Origin: Macrostomum lignano
Lineage: Eukaryota
Length of the DNA: 64,000 bases
Direction: 5' to 3'
NCBI GenBank assembly: GCA_002269645.1
Contig: NIVC01000892.1
Coordinates: 284,925-348,924 of the forward strand
Position numbers and translations under genes: made by a program. Below the pieces are notes generated by a model, which was not told the origin of the DNA, made no database searches, and was given only the letters and a program-made list of their open reading frames with translations. How positions within the stretch are numbered: position 1 is the first letter of the stretch; every line of letters begins with the position of its first letter. Of this stretch, positions 1-10,186 are shown in pieces.

Positions 1-3000
1 CTGGATTCGACACAACGTACAGCGGCTTTTGTTGCTGCTGCTGCTGCTGTTGCTGTTGCTGCTGACGCTGGATTCGCTGAAGCCGTTCAGCGAGTCGTCT
101 GTTTTCTCTGGCCAGCAGATCCTGCGAAGTGTTACATATGCAGGCGTGTACACTCTCTTTGCGCCTCGTGGGTTGGCTCTCGTGACTCGCACACAAAGCC
201 CCAAATGAATGTGGCCGCGCACGGCATTGAACCAGGGGCTTGTGGCTGAACTCATTGGCAGTTGAGCGACCGACAGCTCAGCCGCAGCTATTGCGCGGCG
301 CATCCGAAGGCTGCGTACGGCTGTTCAGTCCAAGGACTGGGGGGTCGCCACACACACCCTCAATTAGGCCAGCTAATGCTGGCACCCATTTTACAGCTGT
401 GTGAACTGAAGCAATGCTCAAGGACATAAATTGTTCCGAGTGGGATCGGGAATCGAACCCCTGACCTTCAATCGTTTGTCCGACGCTCTAACGACTGGGC
501 TACAACCCATTTTCGAAATATCGTATCAAATTAAGCCAGAAGACTTCACACACAACTGCAGAAAATATTTCACCTGCTCTCGCAGCCGATCGCCTTGGTT
601 TTTCACCAGGCCGAGGTTCTCAGTGCGCAGGGACTCGTTCTCCTGCATGTACTCTTGCAGCATCTCGTAGAGGCTCTGGTAGCTGCCCTTCGACACTGGC
701 CTCTGCTGCTGCTGCGACGGCGCTGCGGGCTTGACTGTTGAAGTCGCCGACTGCGGCGGCAGCGGCGGGAGAGACGCCGACGCGGCCGATTCCGACGCCG
801 TCTTCAGGCGGTCCCGAAGGCCGGAATTCTCCGACTTCAGAGCGTCGACTTCGGAGCGCAGCGAATCGACTAAGCGCTCGAGCTCCTGGCGCTTCTCGTC
901 CACGGCTGGAGCTGCGATCTCTCTGGCGACCACCGAGGCATTGACAGCTGGCGGCTTCTTCAGCTGGTCACCGTTCTGGCGATGCGATGCCGACGACGGC
1001 AGCTCAGCAGAGTTGCTGCTGGCGATCTGCAAGGGTGGGGAGTGGAACTCGGGTGTTGGTTGGACAGGGACAGGTCCTGCCGATCTCTAGCTAATGGAAA
1101 TATAACAGGCTTTGAATATTTTGCCAGAGAAGCGCCCCCCTCTGTAGCTGGCGGCCCCCTCTGTAGCTGGCGCCCCCCTCTGTAAATGGCGCCCCCATCT
1201 GTAGCTGGCGCCCCCCTCTGTAGCTGGCGGCCCCCTCTGTAGCTGGCGCCTTCCTCTGTAGATGGCGCCCCCCTCGATCTGTAGCTGGCGCCCCCCCCAT
1301 TGTAGCTGGCGCCCCCCTCTGTAGCTGGCGCTCCCTCTGTAGCTGGCGCTCCCCTTCTATAGCTGGCGCCCCCTCTGTAGCTGGCGGCCCCCTCTGTAGC
1401 TGGCGCCCCCCTCTGTAGCTGGCGCTCCCTCTGTAGCTGGCGCCCCCCTCTGTAGCTGGCGCCCCCCTCCGTAGCTGGCGCCCCCCTCTGTAGCTGGCGC
1501 CCCCCTCTGTAGCTGGTGCCTCCCTCTGTAGCTGGCGCCCCCCTCTGTAGCTGGCGCCCCCATCTGTAGCTGGCGCCCCCCTCTGTAGCTGGCGGCCCCC
1601 TCTGTAGCTGGCGCCTTCCTCTGTAGATGGCGCCCCTCTCGATCTGTAGCTGGCGCCCCCCCCCCCCCCCCCCCTGTAGCTGGCGCCCCCCTCTGTAGCT
1701 GGCGCTCCCTCTGTAGCTGGCGCTCCCCTTCTATAGCTGGCGCCCCCCTCTGTAGCTGGCGCCCCCCACTGTAGCTGGCGCCCCCCTCTGTAGCTGGCGC
1801 CTCCCTCTGTAGCTGGCGCCCCCCCCCCTTTGTAGCTGGCGCCGCCTCTGTAGATGGCCCCCCATGTAGCTGGCGCTCCCCTTCTGTAGCTGGCGTCTCC
1901 TTCTGTAGCTGGCACCCCCTCTTTAGATGGCGCCCCCTCTGTAGATGGCGCCCCCATGTAGCTGTCGGCCCCTCTGTAGCTGGCGCCCCCCCCCCTCTGT
2001 AGATGGCGCCCCCCTCTGTAGCTGGCGCCCCCCACTGTAGCTGGCGCCCCCTCTGTAGCTGGCGCCCCCTATGTAGCTGGCGCCCCCCCCTTTGTAGCTG
2101 GCGCCGCCTCTGTAGATGGCTCCCCCCCCATGTAGCTGGCGCTCCCCTTCTGTAGCTGGCACCCCCTCTTTAGATGGCGCCCCCCTCTGTAGATGGCGCC
2201 CCCATGTAGCTGTCGGCCCCTCTGTAGCTGGCGCCCCCTCTGTAGCTGGCGCCCCCCCACTGTAGCTGGCGCCCCCTCTGTAGCTGGCGCCTCCCTCTGT
2301 AGCTGGCGCCCCCCCCTTTGTAGCTGGCGCCGCCTCTGTAGATGGCCCCCCCCCCATGTAGCTGGCGCTCCCCTTCTGTAGCTGGCGTCCCCTTCTGTAG
2401 CTGGCACCCCCTCTTTAGATGGCGTCCCCCTCTGTAGATGGCGCCCCCATGTAGCTGTCGGCCCCTCTGTAGCTGGCGCCCCCCCTCTGTAGATGGCGCC
2501 CCCCTCTGTAGCTGGCGCCCCCCACTGTAGCTGGCGCCCCCCTCTGTAGCTGGCGCCCCCCTATGTAGCCGGCGCCCCCCCCCCTTTGTAGCTGGCGCCG
2601 CCTCTGTAGATGCTCCTCCCCATGTAGCTGGCGCTCCCCTTCTGTAGCTGGCACCCCCTCTTTAGATGGCGCCCCCCTCTGTAGATGGCGCCCCCATGTA
2701 GCTGTCGGCCCCTCTGTAGCTGGCGCCCCCCTCTGTAGATGGCGCCCCCTCTGTAGCTGGCGCCCCCTCTGTAACTGGCGCCCCCTCTGTAGCTGGCGCC
2801 CCAAAAAGAATCTGTACAATGTAAAAGAGCGTCGTGTCCTTTTAAAGTGCCAAGATAACTGACAGATAAAAAGCATCACCATGAGGGAGGCGCCATTGGC
2901 TGCCAGAGTGCCGGCCAGCAGCCGCGTCAGCTCCTCATCAACGACAGGATTTGATCCGCCGCCGCCGCCGCCGCCGCGAGCAGCCAGGGCTGACAGGCCC

Positions 3001-6000
3001 CTGCTGAGGGCCTGCAGGTTGGCAGTCGTTTGGCCATCGTCTGCTGCTGAGGGGAATTGAGAAGTAAGAGCTGTTAACTATACAGCTCTTCTATTGGCAA
3101 TTAAATCCGGCTTGTATCAGTTCGGATAGTGCATTTAATGAATTCTAGATTTTGATCTGAGTTCTATCTTGAGTTCTATCTTGAGTTCTATCTTGAGTTC
3201 TATCTTGAGTTATATTCTGAGTTCTATCTTGAGTTCTATCTTGAGTTCTATTCTGAGTTCTATCTTGAGTTCTACATGTATCTTGAGTTCTATTCTGAGT
3301 TCTATCTTGTGTTCTATCTTGAGTTCTATTCTGAGTTCTATCTTGAGTTCTATTCTGAGTTCTATCTTGAGTTCTACATGTATCTTGAGTTCTATCTTGA
3401 GTTCTATCGTGAGTTCTATCTTGACTTTCATTTGGAGTTCAATTTGGAGTTCGATCTTGAGTTCCATCTGAAACTCTGTCGTGAGTTCTATTGGGAGTTC
3501 TATCCACATGTAGGGTTCCATGTTGAGTTATATCTATACAGTTTTATCTTGAGTTATATCTGGCATTCTAAATTATGTTTCAATTCCTAATGAGTATAAT
3601 ACCAAGAAATAGAAAAAATATTTTAAAATATGATACCATAAAATTGCACTAATTGTGAAGTTCGTAAAATTTTCAATGGCATTCAAATTACTATCATTGA
3701 AACAAATAGTTTCAACTTTTTTATTACACGTGTCTCATTTAGGCCAGATGTGCAACCGACAGCTCAGCCGCAGCTATTGCGCGGCGCATCTGAAGACTGC
3801 GTACGGCTGTTCAGTCCAGACTGGGCCGGGGTCGCCACACACACCCTCAATTACCCCAGCTAATGCTGGCACCCATTTTACAGCTGGGTGAACTGAAGCA
3901 GTGCACAGAGTTAGGTGTCTTGCTCAAGGACACAAATTGTTCCTCGAGAGGGATCGGGAATCGAACCCCCGACCTTCAAGTCGTGAGTCCAATGCTCTAA
4001 CCACTGGGCTACAACCCTCTCTTCTACTGCTGAGCATCCATGACTTAATTAAGTGTTAAACCAACTTTAACTCATAGCAAAGTGAATAAGTACAACTGAA
4101 GGAATGAGCAGTTGAAGGAAAAAATTTGCATGTGAAATTTCATTATTAGTTGGCTCTTATAAATTACTCGCAGAGAAAATTGAGAAGAAAATTTGCATCC
4201 CATTGGGCACTGAGAACTGAGAGTTTAAAATCTCAAGTGATCAGTGTGCTTAAAGGACAGGCATGTACTTTTTATTCGGGATTTTCAGCTCATTTACAGT
4301 CTGCTACAAGCGTACTTTTTTATCCCAGGGCCTAAACCGTAGACAAATTGTTTTGTAAAGTTTTGTGCAGCCACTCGGCTTAACTTCGCAAATATTCCTT
4401 TTTACGTTCTATTTGATAAAAACTGCAACCAATTTGGCCACGGCTCAGCCTGACGCAGCCGCAGCAATTTTCCATAGACAGCCACCGCTAGCGGCAACCA
4501 ATTTGGTAAAAACTGCGAGCTATTTTGCCAGCTTGAAGATAGCAGCTCAATAGCATAACAATAACGATAAAGAATGTTAACAATACATGCACGAAGTCAG
4601 AACATTATGTCCTCAGCATTCAAGCACCGATTGAAGTACGTCTGGGAATGGTTGATCCAGCGCAGGCACTTGAGAGGCGTGATGCAGTTCAGTGCTTGCT
4701 GCACTTCTCTCTTCAGAATGCGCATCCTGTGCTGATGCAGTGTCGCACCTGCTGCAGCAGCCAGTCCAGTATCTGCCACCTCGAGCTGAATGGCAGGTGA
4801 TTGCAATTGCGTTTTCAGCTTGGCCTTCAGCGCTGAGCCTGCGTACTCCGCCGGGTTGATGAACGGCGAGTATGGAGGCAGGAATCGGTGAGCATGACCT
4901 TCAGACATCCCAGGGACACCTAGGTGAGCGCGAGCCCCATCGGACAGTAGCACAAACTCCTCTTCCATCAGAACATCGATCTCAGAGAGGAATTCCATGA
5001 AGTGCTCGTTCTTAAAGCCTCCTTCGACGAGAGTGCTGTGAATCAGGCCGAGTTGCGAGATGGCCAGGCAGATGGTGAGATTCTGCCCACGCTGTCCGCT
5101 GACGACAGTCACAGCTGTGAGCCCCTTCGCTGAGCGGCCTTGAGTCCTCACCGTCCAGATGTTCACCCCAAACTCGTCCATGAAGATGGTGTTCACCTGG
5201 CTTCCCTCGTCCAGCATCCATTCAACGTGCATCCTTCGCGCCTCCTTTGTAACAGGCATGTTCCAGTTCACAGGTACCTGGCGCAGTAACTTCAGGGTGA
5301 TGAGGCGACCATCCAGAGCACGACTGATAGTGGTCAGACTCACGTTGGCAACGTCATTGTGTTGGTGCAGCAAGTGCTCTCTCATTTGTTGCAGCGTCGC
5401 AGTAGGTTGACCTTCGACGAATTGAACAATGGTGTCCACCATAGCCTCCGTCAGCGCCATCCTCTTCACTCCTCCTTTTGGCAGAGTGCCAACTCTACCA
5501 GTTCATTCATACGTGGTCACGATGTTCCTCACTGTCGGTTTCTTCATCCCCATCATTCTGCCAAGCTCTCCCCAGTCGTCGCCACTCCTGTACGCTCTCA
5601 CGATTCGCTCTCGATCCAGCTGACTTATCTTTTGGTACGGCCCACGATTCGCCATCAGAGCAGCTGCTATCTTCAAGCTGGCAAAATAGCTCGCAGTTTT
5701 TACCAAATTGGTTGCCGCTAGCGGTGGCTGTCTATGGAAAATTCTATGTCTATGGTCAGGCTGAGCCGTGGCCAAATTGGTTGCAGTTTTTATCAAATAG
5801 AACGTAAAAAGGTATATTTTCAACATTTTTAGTTGTCCTTGACTGGATCAGGGAAGCCTCTATGGTCGCTGCGCTCCCCAGGAAGGGACACTCACCGGGA
5901 GCGCAGCGACCATAGAGGCTTCCTGGACTGGATCCTTACCATAGAAATTTGAGGGGATGTCCTTGCCACTTCTCGAGTCAACAAACGACAGTCGGCCCTG

Positions 6001-7024
6001 ACGGGTGAGAAATCTGCGCCGGCCGCTGCCGTCTGGACTGGGCTGGCTGCTGTCCATCAGCATGAGGAACAGGCTGTTGCGGTCACCGGCTGTCGGGCTG
6101 GAGGCCAGGCCTGTGGACAGGTTGAGGTCGGGTTGCGTTGAGTCTTTGAGTAGCTTCAGGATTGGTGAGCTTCAAGCTTCAGGATTGGTGAGCTTCAAGC
6201 TTCAGGATTGGTGAGCTTCAAGCTTCAGGATTGGTGAGCTTCAAGCTTCAGGATCAGTGAGCTTCAAGCTTCAGGATCAGTGAGCTTCAAGCTTCAGGAT
6301 CAGTGAGCTTCAAGCTTCAGGATCAGTGAGCTTCAAGCTTCAGGATCGGTGAGCTTCAAGCTTCAGGATCGGTGAGCTTCAAGCTTCAGGATCGGTGAGC
6401 TTCAAGCTTCAGGATCGGTGAGCTTCAAGCTTCAGGATCAGTGAGCTTCAAGCTTCAGGATCGGTGAGCTTCAAGCTTCAGGATCAAAGGATCAGGACCT
6501 AAAAAAATCAGATTTTACGAACCTTCGTCCAAAGTTGCTGGCGCCTCAATCCTGTCAACGCTCCAGCGAAACGGCCCCAACAAATGGCCAGAGTCCAGTC
6601 GCAAATAGCCAGCGTGAACCTCCTTGGGCACGGCTGGCGAGATGCCGGGCTGTCCCAGTGCCGGCTGCAACGGCGCAGGAGGTGCAGGAGGAGGCGGCGG
6701 CGGCGGAGGAGGCTGCGCAGCAGGCTGATGAGGCAAAAGGTTTGCCAGCTGGTTGCCACCCTTACGGATGGAAAAATTTTGACCGCTCTCCGTTACGGCA
6801 GGAGCTGCTGTTGTTGATGCCGCTGCTGCCGGACCGTCTTGAACAGCTGACCGTCTGGCTGAGAAGCTTTGAGACGGTTCTAAACTGTCTCGAAATTTTG
6901 GCGTCTCAGCGTCTTCTTCAGCCTCATCATCGTAGCTGGCCCATCTATTAGAGTCTGACGGAGGCTGACGGACCAGTCGAGAGCCGAGCCGCTCAACAAA
7001 TTGTTCTTCTGGGTCTTCTTCGCG

Positions 7025-7110
<86 letters not shown>

Positions 7111-7357
7111 GCTGCTGCTGCTGCTGCTGTTGCTCCCTCTGAGTGAGAAACATTCGATAGGACTCGTTCTCAGCATCACCCGATGCACGAATCGATTGTC
7201 TCGACTGCTGCTGCTCAGCCTTCTCCTCTTCATCAATGACATCGTCCTCTTCAAGGCCCTCCCAGCGACCGGGGTCAGCAGCAATGCTGATCCTGTTGTC
7301 GGCCGCGGTGGACAAGAAGTCGCCGCTGAGAGCGGCGCCATCATCGGCGGCTTGCAT
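1..7357 (-). CDS. Uncharacterised polyQ / coiled-coil protein, multi-exon, 3' end beyond window start
   Basis: Exons 7357-6523, 6143-5940, 3046-2880, 1026-574 and 121-<1 join in frame (phases 1,1,0,0) through GT..AG sites; the first donor GTTCGT is weak. Contains a 36-Gln tract (7025-7132), polyPro, coiled-coil stretches (ELERLVDSLRSEVDALKSEN; EMLQEYMQENESLRTEN; DLLARENRRLAERLQ) and a second Q tract. No family recognised. Confidence 0.75.
254..508 (-). mobile_element. tRNA-derived SINE, copy 1
   Basis: Minus strand reads gggttgtagcccagtcgttagagc (A box) and ggttcgattcc (B box), then cagctgtaaaatgggtgcc and the same 3' segment as the other four copies. Confidence 0.9.
1132..2802. repeat. ~19-bp GC-rich minisatellite (ctgtagctggcgcccccct)n filling an intron
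   Basis: Visible tandem array; source of the spurious GGASYRGG-type ORFs. Confidence 0.97.
3154..3560. repeat. 12-bp minisatellite (gagttctatctt)n, degenerating at the right end
   Basis: Visible tandem array (SSIL-repeat ORFs). Confidence 0.95.
3723..4017 (-). mobile_element. tRNA-derived SINE, copy 2 (full length)
   Basis: A box tagcccagtggttagagc, B box ggttcgattcc, CORE-like gtgtccttgagcaagacacctaac...cagctgtaaaatggg, 3' end gtgtaataa. Confidence 0.92.
4397..5812 (-). mobile_element. IS630/Tc1/mariner-superfamily DNA transposon with ~151-bp TIRs
   Basis: TIRs 4397-4547 and 5662-5812 are reverse complements apart from one ~12-nt patch. Right end is ..aaaaagg followed by TATA; left flank is tatt, so the TA is imperfect. 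Encloses a transposase frame. Confidence 0.93.
4597..5655 (-). pseudogene. DDE transposase (HTH + DDE_3-type core), 352 codons, one in-frame TGA at codon 51
   Basis: ATG at 5655 (MANRGPYQKISQLDRERIV, HTH), ...TTYE*TGRVGTLPKGG continues in the same frame into ORF 4597-5469; motifs FMDE, LSDGARAH, LPPYSPFINPAE. Confidence 0.9.
5850..5925. mobile_element. 76-bp fold-back insertion: perfect 27-bp inverted repeat flanked by 9-bp direct repeats
   Basis: Arms 5852-5878 (ggaagcctctatggtcgctgcgctccc) and 5897-5923 are exact reverse complements with an 18-nt loop; gactggatc occurs at 5841-5849 and 5926-5934. Confidence 0.7.
6153..6487. repeat. 23-bp minisatellite (gcttcaggatcggtgagcttcaa)n filling intron 1 of the polyQ gene
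   Basis: Visible tandem array between the exon boundaries at 6143 and 6523. Confidence 0.96.
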
Positions 7358-8032
7358 GGTTCAGCTGTCTGTCTGTTTAGTTGGACTCAGGCTACAGTTT
7401 TCTGTCGTTCTTGCTAGGAGAGTGTGGAATATTGCGATGAGCTAGCTCAGTTGCCAGGAAGCGATCAGAGCCAGTTGGGGGGGCAGTGTGCAGTGCTCAG
7501 TGCTCAGTGTTCGCAGTGCTGATGGGGAGAGGAGATTGAAGAGAACTGAGTGCACACAATAGCCGCTGTGCCTTGCTGTAAGAGAGTTTGCTTTTGGATA
7601 GTGCCCCGTTGGTTCTTTTCCTACCTTCTCTTCTGGGCGCCTTTTTAGACTCTGGCTGTAGACGCAGGTAAGAATGAGCGCTTTTTTGCTGTCCCTGTCT
7701 ATCTTCTTTTATGGCTTGGTCAATGCAGCTAGGTGCACAGTCGTTGTCTGAAAAGCTATAAACCCGTGTTTAAACCTTTCCAATCTCTATGTAAGCTCTC
7801 ACCTGCCCCGTGTCTCTCTCTATTCATTTCTGAGCCGTATGCACAAATATCTGTCTGTCATGGTGCACGATTGCCGAGATAGACTTCAAAACCAATTCCT
7901 TTCTCGAATGAGCGTGTGATTGAGCTGTTTTTTCTCTGGTTGCTAGGAGAGGGGCAGCATCAACGGTTAATGCTGCTCTTTTTAATTGCGGTCCGAGAAT
8001 TCAGACTGGGATTCTTACATCCCAGTCCTCCT

Positions 8033-9437
8033 TCAACTGGGGTCCTTCTGTTTTCAACTGGGGTCCTTCTGTCTTCAACTGGGGTCCGTCTGTCGTCAAC
8101 TGGGGTCCTTCTGTCTTCAACTGGGGTCCTTCTGTCTTTAACTGGGGTCCTTCTGTTTTCAACTGGGGTCCTTCTGTTTTCAACTGGGGTCCTTCTGTTT
8201 TCAACTGGGGTCCTTCTGTTTTCAACTGGGGTCCTTCTGTCTTCAACTGGGGTCCTTCTGTTTTCAACTGGGGTCCTTCTGTCTTCAACTGGGGTCCTTC
8301 TGTCTTCAACTGGGGTCCTTCTGTCTTTAACTGGGGTCCTTCTGTCTTCAACTGGGGTCCTTCTGTTTTCAACTGGGGTCCTTCTGTTTTCAACTGGGGT
8401 CCTTCTGTTTTCAACTGGGGTCCTTCTGTCTTCAACTGGGGTCCTTCTGTCTTTAACTGGGGTCCTTCTGTCTTCAACTGGGGTCATTCTGTCTTCAACT
8501 GGGGTCCTTCTGTCTTCAACTGGGGTCTTTCTGTCTTCAACTGGGGTCCTTCTGTCTTCAACTGGGGTCCGTCTGTCTTTAACTGGGGTCCTTCTGTCTT
8601 CAACTGGGGTCCTTCTGTCTTCAACTGGGGTCCGTCTGTCTTCAACTGGGATCCTTCTGTTTTCAACTGGGGTCCTTCTGTTTTCAACTGGGGTCCTTCT
8701 GTTTTCAACTGGGGTCCTTCTGTCTTTAACTGGGGTCCTTCTGTCTTCAACTGGGGTCCTTCTGTCTTCAACTGGGATCCTTCTGTCTTTAACTGGGGTC
8801 CTTCTGTTTTCAACTGGGGTCCTTCTGTTTTCAACTGGGGTCCTTCTGTCTTCAACTGGGGTCCTTCTGTCTTTAACTGGGGTCCTTCTGTCTTCAACTG
8901 GGGTCATTCTGTCTTCAACTGGGGTCCTTCTGTCTTCAACTGGGGTCCTTCTGTTTTCAACTGGGGTCCTTCTGTTTTCAACTGGGGTCCTTCTGTTTTC
9001 AACTGGGGTCCTTCTGTTTTCAACTGGGGTCCTTCTGTTTTCAACTGGGGTCCTTCTGTTTTCAACTGGGGTCCTTCTGTTTTCAACTGGGGTCATTCTG
9101 TCTTCAACTGGGGTCCTTCTGTCTTCAACTGGGATCCTTCTGTCTTCAACTGGGGTCCGTCTGTCTTCAACTGGGGTCCTTCTGTCTTCAACTGGGGTCC
9201 TTCTGTCTTCAACTGGGGTCCTTCTGTTTTCAACTGGGGTCCTTCTGTCTTCAACTGGGGTCCTTCTGTCTTCAACTGGGGTCCTTCTGTCTTCAACTGG
9301 GGTCCTTCTGTCTTCAACTGGGGTCCTTCTGTCTTCAACTGGGGTCCTTCTGTCTTCAACTGGGATCCTTCTGTCTTCAACTGGGGTCCGTCTGTCTTCA
9401 ACTGGGGTCCGTCTGTCTTCAACTGGGGTCCTTCTAC
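8033..9437. repeat. 21-bp minisatellite (tcaactggggtccttctgtct)n, intergenic
   Basis: Visible homogeneous array; generates the 540-aa and 378-aa repeat ORFs. Confidence 0.97.
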
Positions 9438-10186
9438 CATTTGTGTTCCTTCTGTTTTTTGCATTCCGTCATCCATCCGGTGCATTGCTTGGAAAATCAT
9501 ACTCACAGAATATTTTCCAGAAAAAAATCAGCAATTAGAAAAGTAATTAAGAAAAATTAGAAATGTTATTTGTCCATGGATGCGTGATCATTAGTTCGGA
9601 AATTCTTGAAACTCGCCTATTGGAAAGGCTTGATGTATGGCTACTACTATTGACAGAAATTAGCCGTCTGTATGGACTAATTAGTCTTCCTTGAAATCAT
9701 CGCCAGCTACTCACAATTATATCCCATGACAGCTAATGAGGTCTCTTTACTAGGTAGCGTGACAGGGACGGACATTACCGGAGCAATTCTTATTGGTAAT
9801 AATGATGATACTGGGATGGCGACAGATGAGGCAGGCTGCTGGGAATCTGAATGTATCGGAATGTATCTGTTTTGGTCTCCATCTTTCTAACAAACTTAGT
9901 TTCCTTCTCACGTGATTTAAAGCCGTTTTACTTTCGGAACGACACTTGACCGCCTCCTGTTAGGGCTGCTTCACGCCTCTATGAAATGTCACATTAATGT
10001 TACAAAAGTTCAATAAATTACTTCAGTCAAGGCGCACGCACTCAGCAGGGCTTTTTGAACAGTCAAACCGCATTCGCTTCAACCTCAGAGCCAATCAGAG
10101 GCCAGCAAGCAGCGACCGACTGTTCGATAAGGCAGCTCTGCCAGCCTGTGAGCAGCTCGCACAGACCGGGTGAGTCAGTTCAAGCC

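Noticed and set aside
10055-10186. ORF-track N-terminal extension of ENaC from a TTG start
   Set aside because: Non-ATG start in a eukaryote; the first ATG is at 10187.
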